A model generated the notes under the pieces. That model was not told the origin of the DNA, ran no database searches, and saw only the letters and a list, made by a program, of their open reading frames with translations. From NCBI GenBank assembly GCA_965279035.1, contig OZ257142.1:1920001-1984000 (forward strand): 64,000 nt of DNA, in the 5' to 3' direction. Position numbers and translations under genes: made by a program. Of this stretch, positions 30,642 through 40,030 are shown piece by piece. Each line of letters begins with the position of its first letter. Position 1 is the stretch's first letter. The DNA comes from Bacteroidia bacterium. Lineage in GTDB: Bacteria > Bacteroidota > Bacteroidia > M30B66.

Positions 30642-30875
30642 TCTTGAAAGTTAAGAAAATATTTTGTGATATCTTATTCATCAGTGAATAATACGACGGT
30701 GTTTTTCGATAAGGCTCAGAACAAATTTTCTGAATTCAGAACATAAAAATCATAGAATCTATAAAGAATACGAAATACTTCTAGTTATAAATGCATATTC
30801 CTCAAAGCACGTTTTTTTCAATAAAATAATCAAAAATAAAATGATACGATATGATTCGTTTTGATACGAAATAAC

Positions 30876-31622
30876 TTATTCCTCAAAATAAGCCAGCCTC
30901 ATTTTCCCATCTCGTAATTCCCCATACGAACACCAATGAAACCAATCACCCAAATTGAAATATTTGCAATTGTTGCCCACTGCTAAATCCAAAGGCAAAT
31001 GCCGATGTCCAAAAACGAAATAATTGAGATCTGGATGAAGCAGCAATTGTTCTTTCGAGAAAATCAACAACCACTCATTTTCTTCTCCTAAAAAGACTTC
31101 TTTTTCAGGATTTGCTGCTCTACTTTTTCTCGACCAATAATCAGCCATGCCAATTCCAAAATTCGGATGCAAACGAGCAAATAACCATTGACACACTTTA
31201 CTAGCAAATACTTTCTTTATAAACTTATATCCATAATCACCCGGACCAAGTCCATCACCATGTCCGAGAAATAGTTTCTTCCCTTGAATTTCAGTAATTA
31301 TCGGTTTTCGATGAATAATTAAACCAATTTCTTTTTCCAAATAATCAAAAGCCCACATATCGTGGTTTCCAGTAAAAAAATGGATTTCAATTCCTGAATC
31401 TACTAGCGTAGCGAGCTTTCCTAATAAACGCGTGAAATATTTTGGAACGCTGTATTTGTATTCAAACCAAAAATCAAAAACATCACCCATTAAGTAAATG
31501 CGTTCCGCATCTGGAGCAATCATATCGAGCCAACGAATAATCTTCTTTTCCCGTTCTAAGCTGCGTGCATGATCGGGAATTCCTAAATGAAAATCACTGG
31601 CAAAATAGACCGCCTTCCCCAT
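30876..31622 (-). CDS. lpxH: UDP-2,3-diacylglucosamine diphosphatase
   Basis: Metallophosphoesterase motifs 'SDFHLG', 'GDVFDFWFE', 'GNHD', 'HGDGLG', 'FGHRH', 'NLGDW'. Confidence 0.92.
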   Translation of the reverse strand: MGKAVYFASDFHLGIPDHARSLEREKKIIRWLDMIAPDAERIYLMGDVFDFWFEYKYSVPKYFTRLLGKLATLVDSGIEIHFFTGNHDMWAFDYLEKEIGLIIHRKPIITEIQGKKLFLGHGDGLGPGDYGYKFIKKVFASKVCQWLFARLHPNFGIGMADYWSRKSRAANPEKEVFLGEENEWLLIFSKEQLLLHPDLNYFVFGHRHLPLDLAVGNNCKYFNLGDWFHWCSYGELRDGKMRLAYFEE

Positions 31623-31623
31623 T

Positions 31624-34600
31624 TTATAAATTCGCTTTTCTTAATCCTTGAATCGGGTTAAGCGCACGTAAATTCAATACAAAGCGAATGCGTTCGGCAA
31701 ATGTTACGTGATTCAAATCCATCGTTTTCTGAATTTGATTTGAAATAAGTAAAGGAACGTAGATTTCGAAATTATCGGGTATGAGCGAAACAATCGCCCC
31801 TACATTATAATTCAAAACATCACTATCTGTTTCACCATTTTTATAAGTTCCCAAATCAGCATAGATTTTCAAAGGGATTTTTCCTGGCAAACTTGTTCTA
31901 ATATTCAATGTGGCTAAATATTGATTCGTTTGGCCACGAATGCTATAAATTTTAAATCCACCATCTGTATTCGACATTTGTTGTGCCCACAATCCACTTG
32001 ATTCTTGACGTCCAAAATAAATATCGTTGAATAAATAATCCTGATTTCCAGTTTGTCCACTCAAGCGGAATCGCACATCGGGACCATTATTAAAATCGTT
32101 CGACTTCCACAAAAATGTTCCAGCAAACAATCTGAAATCAAGACCTTTTCCTTTTTTATTATAAGAAATTCGGTAGTTAAACGTCAAAGATGCTTTAGCA
32201 AATGTTTTCCCCTGTTGAACCTCAGCAGTAAACGAATATGGATTTATTACACGACTATTTTTATGTTGAAATACGACTTGATTATAGTCATACTTTTTCA
32301 TTCCCTGTGTACTTAAATCGGGTCCTAATAAATAGGGCGAATATTGAACATAAATATGCTTGTACTGAAGATCTGAACTTCGTTTTGAATACGTTGATCG
32401 TTTCTTAAATTCAAAATAAAAACCTGCAGTTATACGATCATAATTGGGCGAATACCGCAAAGCATAGCGTTCTGCACTAGCCGATAAAGTAAGGTTGCGG
32501 AAAAAAGCATGAGTCGGGCGAATAAAATAATCGACTTGTGCAGCTCCTGCTAATTCTGAATTTTTAAATCCATACATCGGCATTATAACGTATTCAAACT
32601 TCTTACGTAATACGCCCATATTGTGAAATGCTGCACCTAACATAAATCCATTATAACTATTCGCACCTAGAGTAGGAACAACATACAGCGGACTTACTCT
32701 AGGATTTTCTATTCCTGTACCTAATTGGATTTTCAATTTACCCATTTTTCGGAACAATCCATGAGTTCTCATTTCATCATTTTTGCAATTATAATCAGGA
32801 GCAGGATTTCCTTCATTTACCGAAATCAGATCGAAATCACCTGCAGGAAAAGGAAGTCGTTTCTTCCCTTTAAATCCATCAAACCATTTGGTATAAACCG
32901 AATCATTTTTGAATCCGCTCACACTTACGGGACCATCTATTTGTCCAACATTGCGTACTGTTACATACGACTCGCTCGCTTTTTTTGAATACCCACACAC
33001 TTTATAATTCACACGATCTACACTTGCCAATAAACCATCAAATAACCAAGGCATTGCTTTGCCATTGAATTTTTCTACATGTGCTCTAAAATCTTCGGGT
33101 TGTGGATGTTTGAATTTCCAGGTTTCATAATAGGCTTGCATCATTTCATCAAACCGCTGTTGCCCCATGTATGCTGCTAAATAATTATAAATATTCGCAG
33201 TTTTCTTATAAACAATTGCTCCATAATTTAACGAGGAATAATTGGCTGAGCTTAGCGCCAACGATTGATCATCGTTCCTACGAGCAACAAATAAATACAT
33301 GGCATTTTGCGTTGCATTCGGTTTGAATTCAGTGGTATGCAATAATTTATCTCCCCAATTCGGAATCATATTATTGAAATCAGTGCTTTGAGGATATTTC
33401 TGATGCATATAGCGTCCTTCATAATAGGAATTACTTCCTTCATCCATCCAAGGAAAATCGCGTTCGTTACTTCCTAATATTCCATAAAACCAATTATGTC
33501 CAACCTCGTGTGCAATTACATTATCTAAAGCAATTGGATTTCCTTGTGAAGCAATAATTGTAATTGTTGGATATTCCATCCCGGCACCAGCACTCAAAGC
33601 TCCATCAACCGCTTTGCAAACTTTGTAAGGATAATCACCCAACCATTTTGAATAATTATACACTGCATCGTTTACATAATGAGGAGCTTCAAACCAATCT
33701 TTCGCATCCTTATCAGCAAAATAACAATAGGTTTCAACTACACGATTGCTATTAGGTAAAGTAACTTGACTCTTTAAAATATGATATGATTTATCTGCAA
33801 ACCAGGCAAAATCATGGACATCAGCAAGTTTATAGGTAACGGTCTTTAGTTTTTCCGAAGAAGGAATCTCCACTTTATTTCCCTTTTTAGGTGCTCCAGC
33901 TTTCACCATCGCTTCAGTTTCCTGAATATTTTTTTCTATTTGTTCTTGTTCATCGGCATTTTCAACCAGTTCACCACTTGCAGCAATTACATAATTCGAT
34001 GGCGTTGTAATAGCTACTTTAAATGACCCATATTCAGAATAAAATTCTCCTTCATTTAAATAAGGGAAAGCATGCCATCCTTTTGCATCAAATACAGCTG
34101 GCTTTGGATACCATTGACACAATTGATATTGCTGTCCACTATGTCCTAAACGGGAAAATTTACTTGAAGGAATTTTAACCCGAAATGGTGTGGTGATTAT
34201 GATTTCAGCACCTGGTTCTAAAGCCGAATTCAAAACGATTCTGCCCATGTCGATATGAATAGAATCTTGAATGAATTTTACAGCTGTTCCATTCACTTTA
34301 AAATCGAGGCTATCGATATATCCACGCTCCTTTTCACTCGCATATTGAAACTTGGTTGAACCAACCAATAATTGTTGTTTGGCAAATGCTGTTTCATTGT
34401 TTTTATACCCATTTGGCCAAAGATGAAACCAGATCTCTTTCAAAGCTACTTTCGAATGATTCACATACCGAATGCTTTCTTGGGCTTTTAATACATGATG
34501 AACATCATCGAGTTTTACTCTGATTTCGTAATGTGCTTCCTGTTGAAAATAACCAGGAGGTAGTTCTTTCGATTGACTGTTTTGAGAAAATAATGGAGAG

Positions 34601-34641
34601 AACGAAATCACTCCCGAAATCAAGAATAAGAAATGCTTCAT
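31624..34641 (-). CDS. M1 family zinc aminopeptidase with a long beta-rich C-terminal extension
   Basis: Signal peptide; 'QWYPK', 'AGMEYP', 'HEVGHNWF...WMDEG', 'YKK'; C-terminal ~350 aa with alternating aromatic strands. Confidence 0.9.
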   Translation of the reverse strand: MKHFLFLISGVISFSPLFSQNSQSKELPPGYFQQEAHYEIRVKLDDVHHVLKAQESIRYVNHSKVALKEIWFHLWPNGYKNNETAFAKQQLLVGSTKFQYASEKERGYIDSLDFKVNGTAVKFIQDSIHIDMGRIVLNSALEPGAEIIITTPFRVKIPSSKFSRLGHSGQQYQLCQWYPKPAVFDAKGWHAFPYLNEGEFYSEYGSFKVAITTPSNYVIAASGELVENADEQEQIEKNIQETEAMVKAGAPKKGNKVEIPSSEKLKTVTYKLADVHDFAWFADKSYHILKSQVTLPNSNRVVETYCYFADKDAKDWFEAPHYVNDAVYNYSKWLGDYPYKVCKAVDGALSAGAGMEYPTITIIASQGNPIALDNVIAHEVGHNWFYGILGSNERDFPWMDEGSNSYYEGRYMHQKYPQSTDFNNMIPNWGDKLLHTTEFKPNATQNAMYLFVARRNDDQSLALSSANYSSLNYGAIVYKKTANIYNYLAAYMGQQRFDEMMQAYYETWKFKHPQPEDFRAHVEKFNGKAMPWLFDGLLASVDRVNYKVCGYSKKASESYVTVRNVGQIDGPVSVSGFKNDSVYTKWFDGFKGKKRLPFPAGDFDLISVNEGNPAPDYNCKNDEMRTHGLFRKMGKLKIQLGTGIENPRVSPLYVVPTLGANSYNGFMLGAAFHNMGVLRKKFEYVIMPMYGFKNSELAGAAQVDYFIRPTHAFFRNLTLSASAERYALRYSPNYDRITAGFYFEFKKRSTYSKRSSDLQYKHIYVQYSPYLLGPDLSTQGMKKYDYNQVVFQHKNSRVINPYSFTAEVQQGKTFAKASLTFNYRISYNKKGKGLDFRLFAGTFLWKSNDFNNGPDVRFRLSGQTGNQDYLFNDIYFGRQESSGLWAQQMSNTDGGFKIYSIRGQTNQYLATLNIRTSLPGKIPLKIYADLGTYKNGETDSDVLNYNVGAIVSLIPDNFEIYVPLLISNQIQKTMDLNHVTFAERIRFVLNLRALNPIQGLRKANL

Positions 34642-34644
34642 AAT

Positions 34645-35751
34645 TTATTTCAAGAGTAATTGAATGGCTTTTTCTAAATCAGGACCACGTAAACCTTTGG
34701 CTACAATCCGTCCTTCTTTATCAATTAAAACCGTAAACGGAATTCCCGAAAATCCATATTGCTTTACTACTGATGAACTCCAATAACCTAAATCGCTCAC
34801 ATGCGATGGCCAAATCAAACCATCTTGTTGAATCGCTTTTATCCAACTGGCTTTGTCTTTATCGAGTGATACACTGAAAATATCAAAGCCCTTGTCTTTA
34901 AATTCTCCATACATCTTCACCACATTGGGATTTTCTTTTCTACACGGGCCGCACCAACTCGCCCAAAAATCAATTAAAACAACTTTGCCTTTTAAAGACG
35001 ACAAAGCGATGTTTTGACCATCGGGTGAAGGAAGATTTATCTCAGGTGCCGGCATACCAATCGCCATACTGCGCATTTGATCAACGCGACTCATAAACGA
35101 TTGAGCAAAACCTGAATTCGGATAGTGTTTTTTTAGGTTGCTTGCCAACTCTTCATAATACTGAAAATCACGGTCCGGATCTAATAAATCAGCAGCTGTT
35201 ATTGGAGCAATTTTAGTCGGATTTTCATGAATGATTTTTCTCGCTCTATCCAATTGCTTATTAACGAATTGATTAAATTCCATTTCCATTCCCGCTTGGA
35301 TTTGTGCAACTTTATCTTGCGGACTTGTATTGAGAATTTGCATTAAAGAATCACGGTGTTTGTTGATTCCTTCTTTCACCGATTTTATTTCAAGAACCAA
35401 TTTCCCTTCTTCGCTTCCTGCTAAAGTATATTCTTGTTGAATTTGAATATTGTCATTTTTATATTCTACAGATTCTTTAGGATCAAGTACAATAAATACC
35501 ATGTTATTCGGTGTGACTCTCAATCGATAGAAATCTTTCACAGGAACAGCTTTCTTAAAACTGAAATTTCCTTTAGCATCTGTTTTTACCGAATCAATTC
35601 CGACAATGTTGGCTCCTTGAATTTGTTCTAAAAACAACCAAGCATTGGTATGTTTAGAAATGGATCCACTTAATTGTGGTTTATTCCCAGTATTACTGCA
35701 AGCTGCAATACTGAATAATAGTAAGATGAAGAGACTGCTTATTTTACGCAT
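34645..35751 (-). CDS. TlpA-family thiol-disulfide oxidoreductase lipoprotein (DUF4369 + redoxin)
   Basis: Lipobox IAAC; 'IDFWASWCGPCRKENP'; 'GIPFTVLID'. Confidence 0.92.
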   Translation of the reverse strand: MRKISSLFILLLFSIAACSNTGNKPQLSGSISKHTNAWLFLEQIQGANIVGIDSVKTDAKGNFSFKKAVPVKDFYRLRVTPNNMVFIVLDPKESVEYKNDNIQIQQEYTLAGSEEGKLVLEIKSVKEGINKHRDSLMQILNTSPQDKVAQIQAGMEMEFNQFVNKQLDRARKIIHENPTKIAPITAADLLDPDRDFQYYEELASNLKKHYPNSGFAQSFMSRVDQMRSMAIGMPAPEINLPSPDGQNIALSSLKGKVVLIDFWASWCGPCRKENPNVVKMYGEFKDKGFDIFSVSLDKDKASWIKAIQQDGLIWPSHVSDLGYWSSSVVKQYGFSGIPFTVLIDKEGRIVAKGLRGPDLEKAIQLLLK

Positions 35752-35766
35752 AGGGAGTTATTTTAT

Positions 35767-37215
35767 TCAGGCTTTAGAAAGAGCTTCATGTACGTGTTGA
35801 TTTGTTTTTTTAGGATCAGCTTTTCCTTTCGATAGTTTCATCACTTCACCCATAAACAAACCGATTAGTCCTGTTTTACCATTTTTGTATTCAAGAACTT
35901 TTTCAGGGTATTTCGCAATCACCTCTTGAATCCATTTTTCCATACTTTCACTATCATCCACTTGAAGCCAATTGTTTGATTCTGCAACTTCTATTGGATT
36001 CGCATTGGGATTTTCCGTTAAATAAGGAAACAACTTTTGACTCGCTACTGAAAAACTAATCTTGCCAGCATCAATCATTGAAATCAATTCAGCAATGATG
36101 GATGCTTTTAAAGGAAATTGATGCATCTCCAAAGCTCGTTCATTCAAATACGATTTCACCGGTCCATTCATCCAATTTGCTGCTGCTTTGTAATTGCTTG
36201 TATGTTTCGCTAATTCTACAAAATAGAGTGCAATAGGTTTGGTATCAGTTAAAATTCCAGCATCATAAAGCGATAAACCAAATTCATTTGTAAACTGATC
36301 GTGAAGTGCATCCGGTAAAGGTGGCATTAACGATTTAATCTGTTGAATGTACTCTTCAGTAACAATGAGTGGCGTTAAATCCGGTTCAGGGAAATAACGA
36401 TAATCATTTGCTTTCTCTTTACTTCTTAACGAAAATGTAGTTCCATTTACCGCATCAAAACTTCGGGTTTCTTGATCAATAATACCACCCGATTCGATCA
36501 CACTAATTTGTCGCTTGGTTTCAAACTCAATCGCTCGTTGAACATTCCGAATAGAGTTCATGTTTTTCACTTCTACCTTCACGCCGTATTCTGTAGCTCC
36601 TCGTTTACGAACCGAAATATTGGCATCACAACGCATGCTGCCTTCTTCCATATTTCCATCACAAATCTCTAAGTAACGAACCAGTTTTCTGACTTCTGTT
36701 AAGTAAGCATAGGCTTCTTCAGCACTGCGCATATCCGGCTCCGACACCATTTCCAACAAAGGAACACCTGCCCGATTCAAATCAACCAAGGAATCATATG
36801 CATCTTGATCATGCATGCTTTTTCCAGCATCCTCTTCCATGTGGATACGTGTTAATGCAACATCTTTTAGTTTGCCATCTAACTTAATTCGAATTCTGCC
36901 TCCAGTACAAATGGGCGTTTTGTCCTGAGTAATTTGATATCCTTTTGGAAGATCTGCGTAGAAATAGTTTTTTCGTGCAAACTGATTTTCCTCTCGAATA
37001 TCGCATCCGCAAGCCAATCCCAATTTGACTGCATATTCAGCTACTTGCTCGTTAAATCGAGGCAATGTGCCCGGGTGACCAAGCGTGATAACACTGATGT
37101 TTGTATTGGGTAATGCTCCATATTCAGCAGGATCCGATGAATACGCTTTGCTATGTGTGAGCAATTGAATATGGACTTCTAATCCAACAACGAGTTCGTA
37201 TAGTTCAAATGGCAT
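35767..37215 (-). CDS. gatB: Asp-tRNA(Asn)/Glu-tRNA(Gln) amidotransferase subunit B
   Basis: 'VGLEVHIQL', 'RKNYFYADLPKGYQITQ', 'HMEEDAGK', 'DLNRAGVPLLE', 'RCDANIS', 'YRYFPEPDL'. Start at ATG 37215; -7 box TATATTTG at 37243-37250. Confidence 0.96.
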   Translation of the reverse strand: MPFELYELVVGLEVHIQLLTHSKAYSSDPAEYGALPNTNISVITLGHPGTLPRFNEQVAEYAVKLGLACGCDIREENQFARKNYFYADLPKGYQITQDKTPICTGGRIRIKLDGKLKDVALTRIHMEEDAGKSMHDQDAYDSLVDLNRAGVPLLEMVSEPDMRSAEEAYAYLTEVRKLVRYLEICDGNMEEGSMRCDANISVRKRGATEYGVKVEVKNMNSIRNVQRAIEFETKRQISVIESGGIIDQETRSFDAVNGTTFSLRSKEKANDYRYFPEPDLTPLIVTEEYIQQIKSLMPPLPDALHDQFTNEFGLSLYDAGILTDTKPIALYFVELAKHTSNYKAAANWMNGPVKSYLNERALEMHQFPLKASIIAELISMIDAGKISFSVASQKLFPYLTENPNANPIEVAESNNWLQVDDSESMEKWIQEVIAKYPEKVLEYKNGKTGLIGLFMGEVMKLSKGKADPKKTNQHVHEALSKA

Positions 37216-37407
37216 AATGCGTAATTCCTTATTGGAAAAGGGCAAATATAAAGGTATTCAATCTAATTCTAAGTGCTTTACATGGTTTATAAATAGTCCT
37301 TTCCCTTAACCTTATTGACAATTCCATTGTGAATTGTTTTTATTTAAGCGCCTGATTTTCAGTAAATCAATTTGATACTTTCATGTAAGAAAAAAAACAT
37401 CATAAGC

Positions 37408-37434
37408 GCAACATTCAGCAGAACAAACCGTTTC
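37408..37434 (+). promoter_or_regulatory. ECF-sigma-like promoter
   Basis: GCAAC-N16-CGTTTC, matching the AAC/CGT ECF pattern, about 50 nt upstream of a small ORF. Confidence 0.4.
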
Positions 37435-37482
37435 AGTAATTAATCATCACAATTCATAAAACGAGTGCAAAAACAAAAAATA

Positions 37483-37563
37483 ATGAAAGCATTCACCAAG
37501 AAGTTGAGCACCATGGGAAAACGTGTTCTCTTCACCCTTCGTTATGTCAGACTTTTTTTCTGA
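37483..37563 (+). CDS. Candidate small protein, 26 aa (MKAFTKKLSTMGKRVLFTLRYVRLFF)
   Basis: A-rich context AAAACAAAAAATA-ATG, TGA at 37561, downstream terminator, upstream promoter-like motif; fills an otherwise empty 400-bp gap. Confidence 0.5.
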   Translation: MKAFTKKLSTMGKRVLFTLRYVRLFF

Positions 37564-37590
37564 TACTTCAAAAAGATTTGTGTTAAAATC

Positions 37591-37625
37591 AAAAAAGCCA
37601 TTCATGTTTATGAATGGCTTTTTTT
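37591..37625. terminator. Bidirectional intrinsic terminator
   Basis: AAAAAAGCCATTCAT-GTTT-ATGAATGGCTTTTTT perfect inverted repeat. Confidence 0.88.
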
Positions 37626-37641
37626 GTTGAATGAAATGAAA

Positions 37642-38481
37642 TTATCGAAGTACAATTTTCTTCAAATTTTCTTTACCAGCTCCTAAAACACGGAGGTAAT
37701 AAATGCCTTTAGGAAGTTCTTCAAGATTGATTTGGCTTGAAGCTGTATTTAATGTTTTCTTCAAAACAGTCGCTCCTAACATATTCATGATTTCCACTTT
37801 TACAGGATTGCTGAAATGAGCGAAATTCACATTGATAACATCATTGGCTGGATTTGGATAAACATTCATCGATTCTAAGGAAGTTGGCTCAATTGCAATA
37901 CTGGTTGGAGTATTAGTTTCAATCCGGTAATTATCGGTATCCAACCAAAAATCATTCACCGTTCCTCGAACTCCTTTTACTTTTATCTGAACCGATTGTC
38001 CTTCAAAGGAACTTAAATCAACTGTTTGTGAAGCGAAATTGACTGAAGTTGTGTGATTCGAAGCATTAATAGTTAAAAGTGGACTACCGAAATTTCCTGA
38101 ACCAGCAATGGCTGCATACACTTCAAAAACATCAGTCGTTAAATCATATCCACTTCCTGCAGTGCTTCCAATGTAGGTAGCAAATCGATAATCAAAATGG
38201 AAAGTACAACCTGCAGGTAAAACAGATGTAGCTGTTGTTATAGATGAATCTTTTGAAACAAACTGACTAAAATTGATACACAAGCCCTTGGTTGAAGTAG
38301 TGCCATGTGTTGAATAAACTCTCATACCTCCACCGAAATTTGTCGGTATAGTTCCAAATCCTTGATAGCTTTCGAAATCCTCCAAATAAATTGTTGTTTG
38401 GGCAGAAAGGATGAGGGATGAAGTCAGAAATAAAACGGATAGAATAGAACGTACCAATCTATATAGAGTAAAGTTTTTCAT
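37642..38481 (-). CDS. T9SS-secreted protein with a single beta-sandwich (cleaved-adhesin/MAM-like) domain
   Basis: Signal peptide, 'YLEDFES', 'VDLSSFEGQSVQI', 'WLDTDNY'; CTD 'VYPNPAND...PKGIYYL...KKIV'. Start at ATG 38481. Confidence 0.8.
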   Translation of the reverse strand: MKNFTLYRLVRSILSVLFLTSSLILSAQTTIYLEDFESYQGFGTIPTNFGGGMRVYSTHGTTSTKGLCINFSQFVSKDSSITTATSVLPAGCTFHFDYRFATYIGSTAGSGYDLTTDVFEVYAAIAGSGNFGSPLLTINASNHTTSVNFASQTVDLSSFEGQSVQIKVKGVRGTVNDFWLDTDNYRIETNTPTSIAIEPTSLESMNVYPNPANDVINVNFAHFSNPVKVEIMNMLGATVLKKTLNTASSQINLEELPKGIYYLRVLGAGKENLKKIVLR

Positions 38482-38675
38482 GAGATAAAGTTTAGAATTG
38501 TAGTTGGGAATAATTTCGGCCAACAAGAATCGAACCGAAAGTAACAAATTATATTAAAATCTGTTTTTGGAGGAATTTATTTTTTATCCGTTTTAAACGT
38601 ATATAAATGGATATGAAACGGATCGGTTGAATTGAATATTCAATATTTGAGGACTATTATTTAAATCTATATACT

Positions 38676-39050
38676 ATGTATCAATTACCCGATTATCGCG
38701 ATGCGCTCATTTGGAGAAAATCAATGGATTTAGCGATTGCTGTCAATCACAGTGTGCGTCATTTCCCAGAACGAGAAAGAGGTCCCAAAGGTCTTTATTC
38801 TCAATTGTTGCAAGCGTCTGTGAGGATTTCACTCAGAATAGCAGAAAGTAGTATGCCTTTGCTTGAATCAGAACGAGATATTTTACTTCGAGCTCGTTAT
38901 CATATTTCAGAAACTGAATTCCTTTTAGATGTATCCATGCATCTTGGTTACATACAAAAAGAAGAACGCATTCGTCTTAACGAGCACTGCCTTGAAGTAA
39001 GAGAATTGGTGAATCGCTATCTACACAGCGCACCTCAATACATTAAATAG
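38676..39050 (+). CDS. Four-helix-bundle protein (23S rRNA IVS protein-like family), divergent
   Basis: 'YRDALIWRKSMDLA', 'FPERE', 'LYSQL..ASV.I...IAE', 'SETE', 'LGYI'. Confidence 0.75.
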   Translation: MYQLPDYRDALIWRKSMDLAIAVNHSVRHFPERERGPKGLYSQLLQASVRISLRIAESSMPLLESERDILLRARYHISETEFLLDVSMHLGYIQKEERIRLNEHCLEVRELVNRYLHSAPQYIK

Positions 39051-39058
39051 CTGCTTGT

Positions 39059-40030
39059 TTAGTCAAATGCCTGATTCTCGGCACCTGAAATTTCTATCAT
39101 GCGAGAATAGTCTTCTGCAGTCAAATCGTTGTAATAGAAATTCACCGGATTAATTGGTTGTCCGTTTTTATGCACTTCATAATGCAAGTGTGGACCAACA
39201 GATTTCCCCGTATTTCCCACAAATCCGATGATATCTCCACGATGTACTCGTTGGCCTGGACGGACATTGATTTTACTCATATGTCCGTACAAGGTTAAAT
39301 AGCCATAACCATGGTTTATCCGCACGTGATTTCCATATCCTGAAGCATCAGCATCCGCACGAACAACAACACCATCGCCCGTTGCATAAATTTCAGTTCC
39401 AACGGGACTGGCAAAATCCATCCCTGCATGAAACTTTGTGGTTTTATAAATTGGATCAGTTCGATAACCAAAACCAGAAGCCATGCGTTTTAAATCTTTA
39501 TTATTTACTGGCTGAATGGCAGGAATAGCAGATAACATCGCCGATTTACTTTTGATCATTTCAAAAATTTCATCATACGATTTACTTTGAACTACAAGCT
39601 GCTTGGATAATACATCGACCTTTTTCATTGTTTCAATAACCAAGTCGCTGTTCTCTAAACCTTTGTATTTCTCATAACGGTTTATCCCGCCAAAACCTGC
39701 TTTTCGAATTTCATCGGGAATGGGCTCTGCTTCAAAAACAACTCGGTAAATATTATCATCTCGATCTTGTAGATCACCTAAGACGATATTGATTTGACGT
39801 AATCGTTGATTCAATAAATCATATTCTAATCGTAACTGATCTACTTCACGTTCTAAGGCTTTTTCTCTAGGCGAATCAATCGTATTATACGCAATCACAA
39901 CACCCAAGGCTGCGAAAACAATCCCTGTTCCGGCAAAGGATAAAAAGCGTAAAAGCCGGTCTTTAACTCCCAGCTTCACTCGCTCATAAGAAAGCGATTT
40001 TGTATTAAATTGATATCTTACTTTCGCCAC
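39059..40030 (-). CDS. M23 family peptidase
   Basis: 'AIPAIQP', 'SGFGYRTDP', 'HAGMDF', 'GYGNHV', 'YGHMS', 'GPHLHYEV'; divergent from alaS. Confidence 0.93.
   Translation of the reverse strand: MAKVRYQFNTKSLSYERVKLGVKDRLLRFLSFAGTGIVFAALGVVIAYNTIDSPREKALEREVDQLRLEYDLLNQRLRQINIVLGDLQDRDDNIYRVVFEAEPIPDEIRKAGFGGINRYEKYKGLENSDLVIETMKKVDVLSKQLVVQSKSYDEIFEMIKSKSAMLSAIPAIQPVNNKDLKRMASGFGYRTDPIYKTTKFHAGMDFASPVGTEIYATGDGVVVRADADASGYGNHVRINHGYGYLTLYGHMSKINVRPGQRVHRGDIIGFVGNTGKSVGPHLHYEVHKNGQPINPVNFYYNDLTAEDYSRMIEISGAENQAFD

Noticed and set aside
38676-39050. Avd of a diversity-generating retroelement, or an rRNA intervening sequence
   Set aside because: No reverse transcriptase, TR/VR pair or rRNA in the window.
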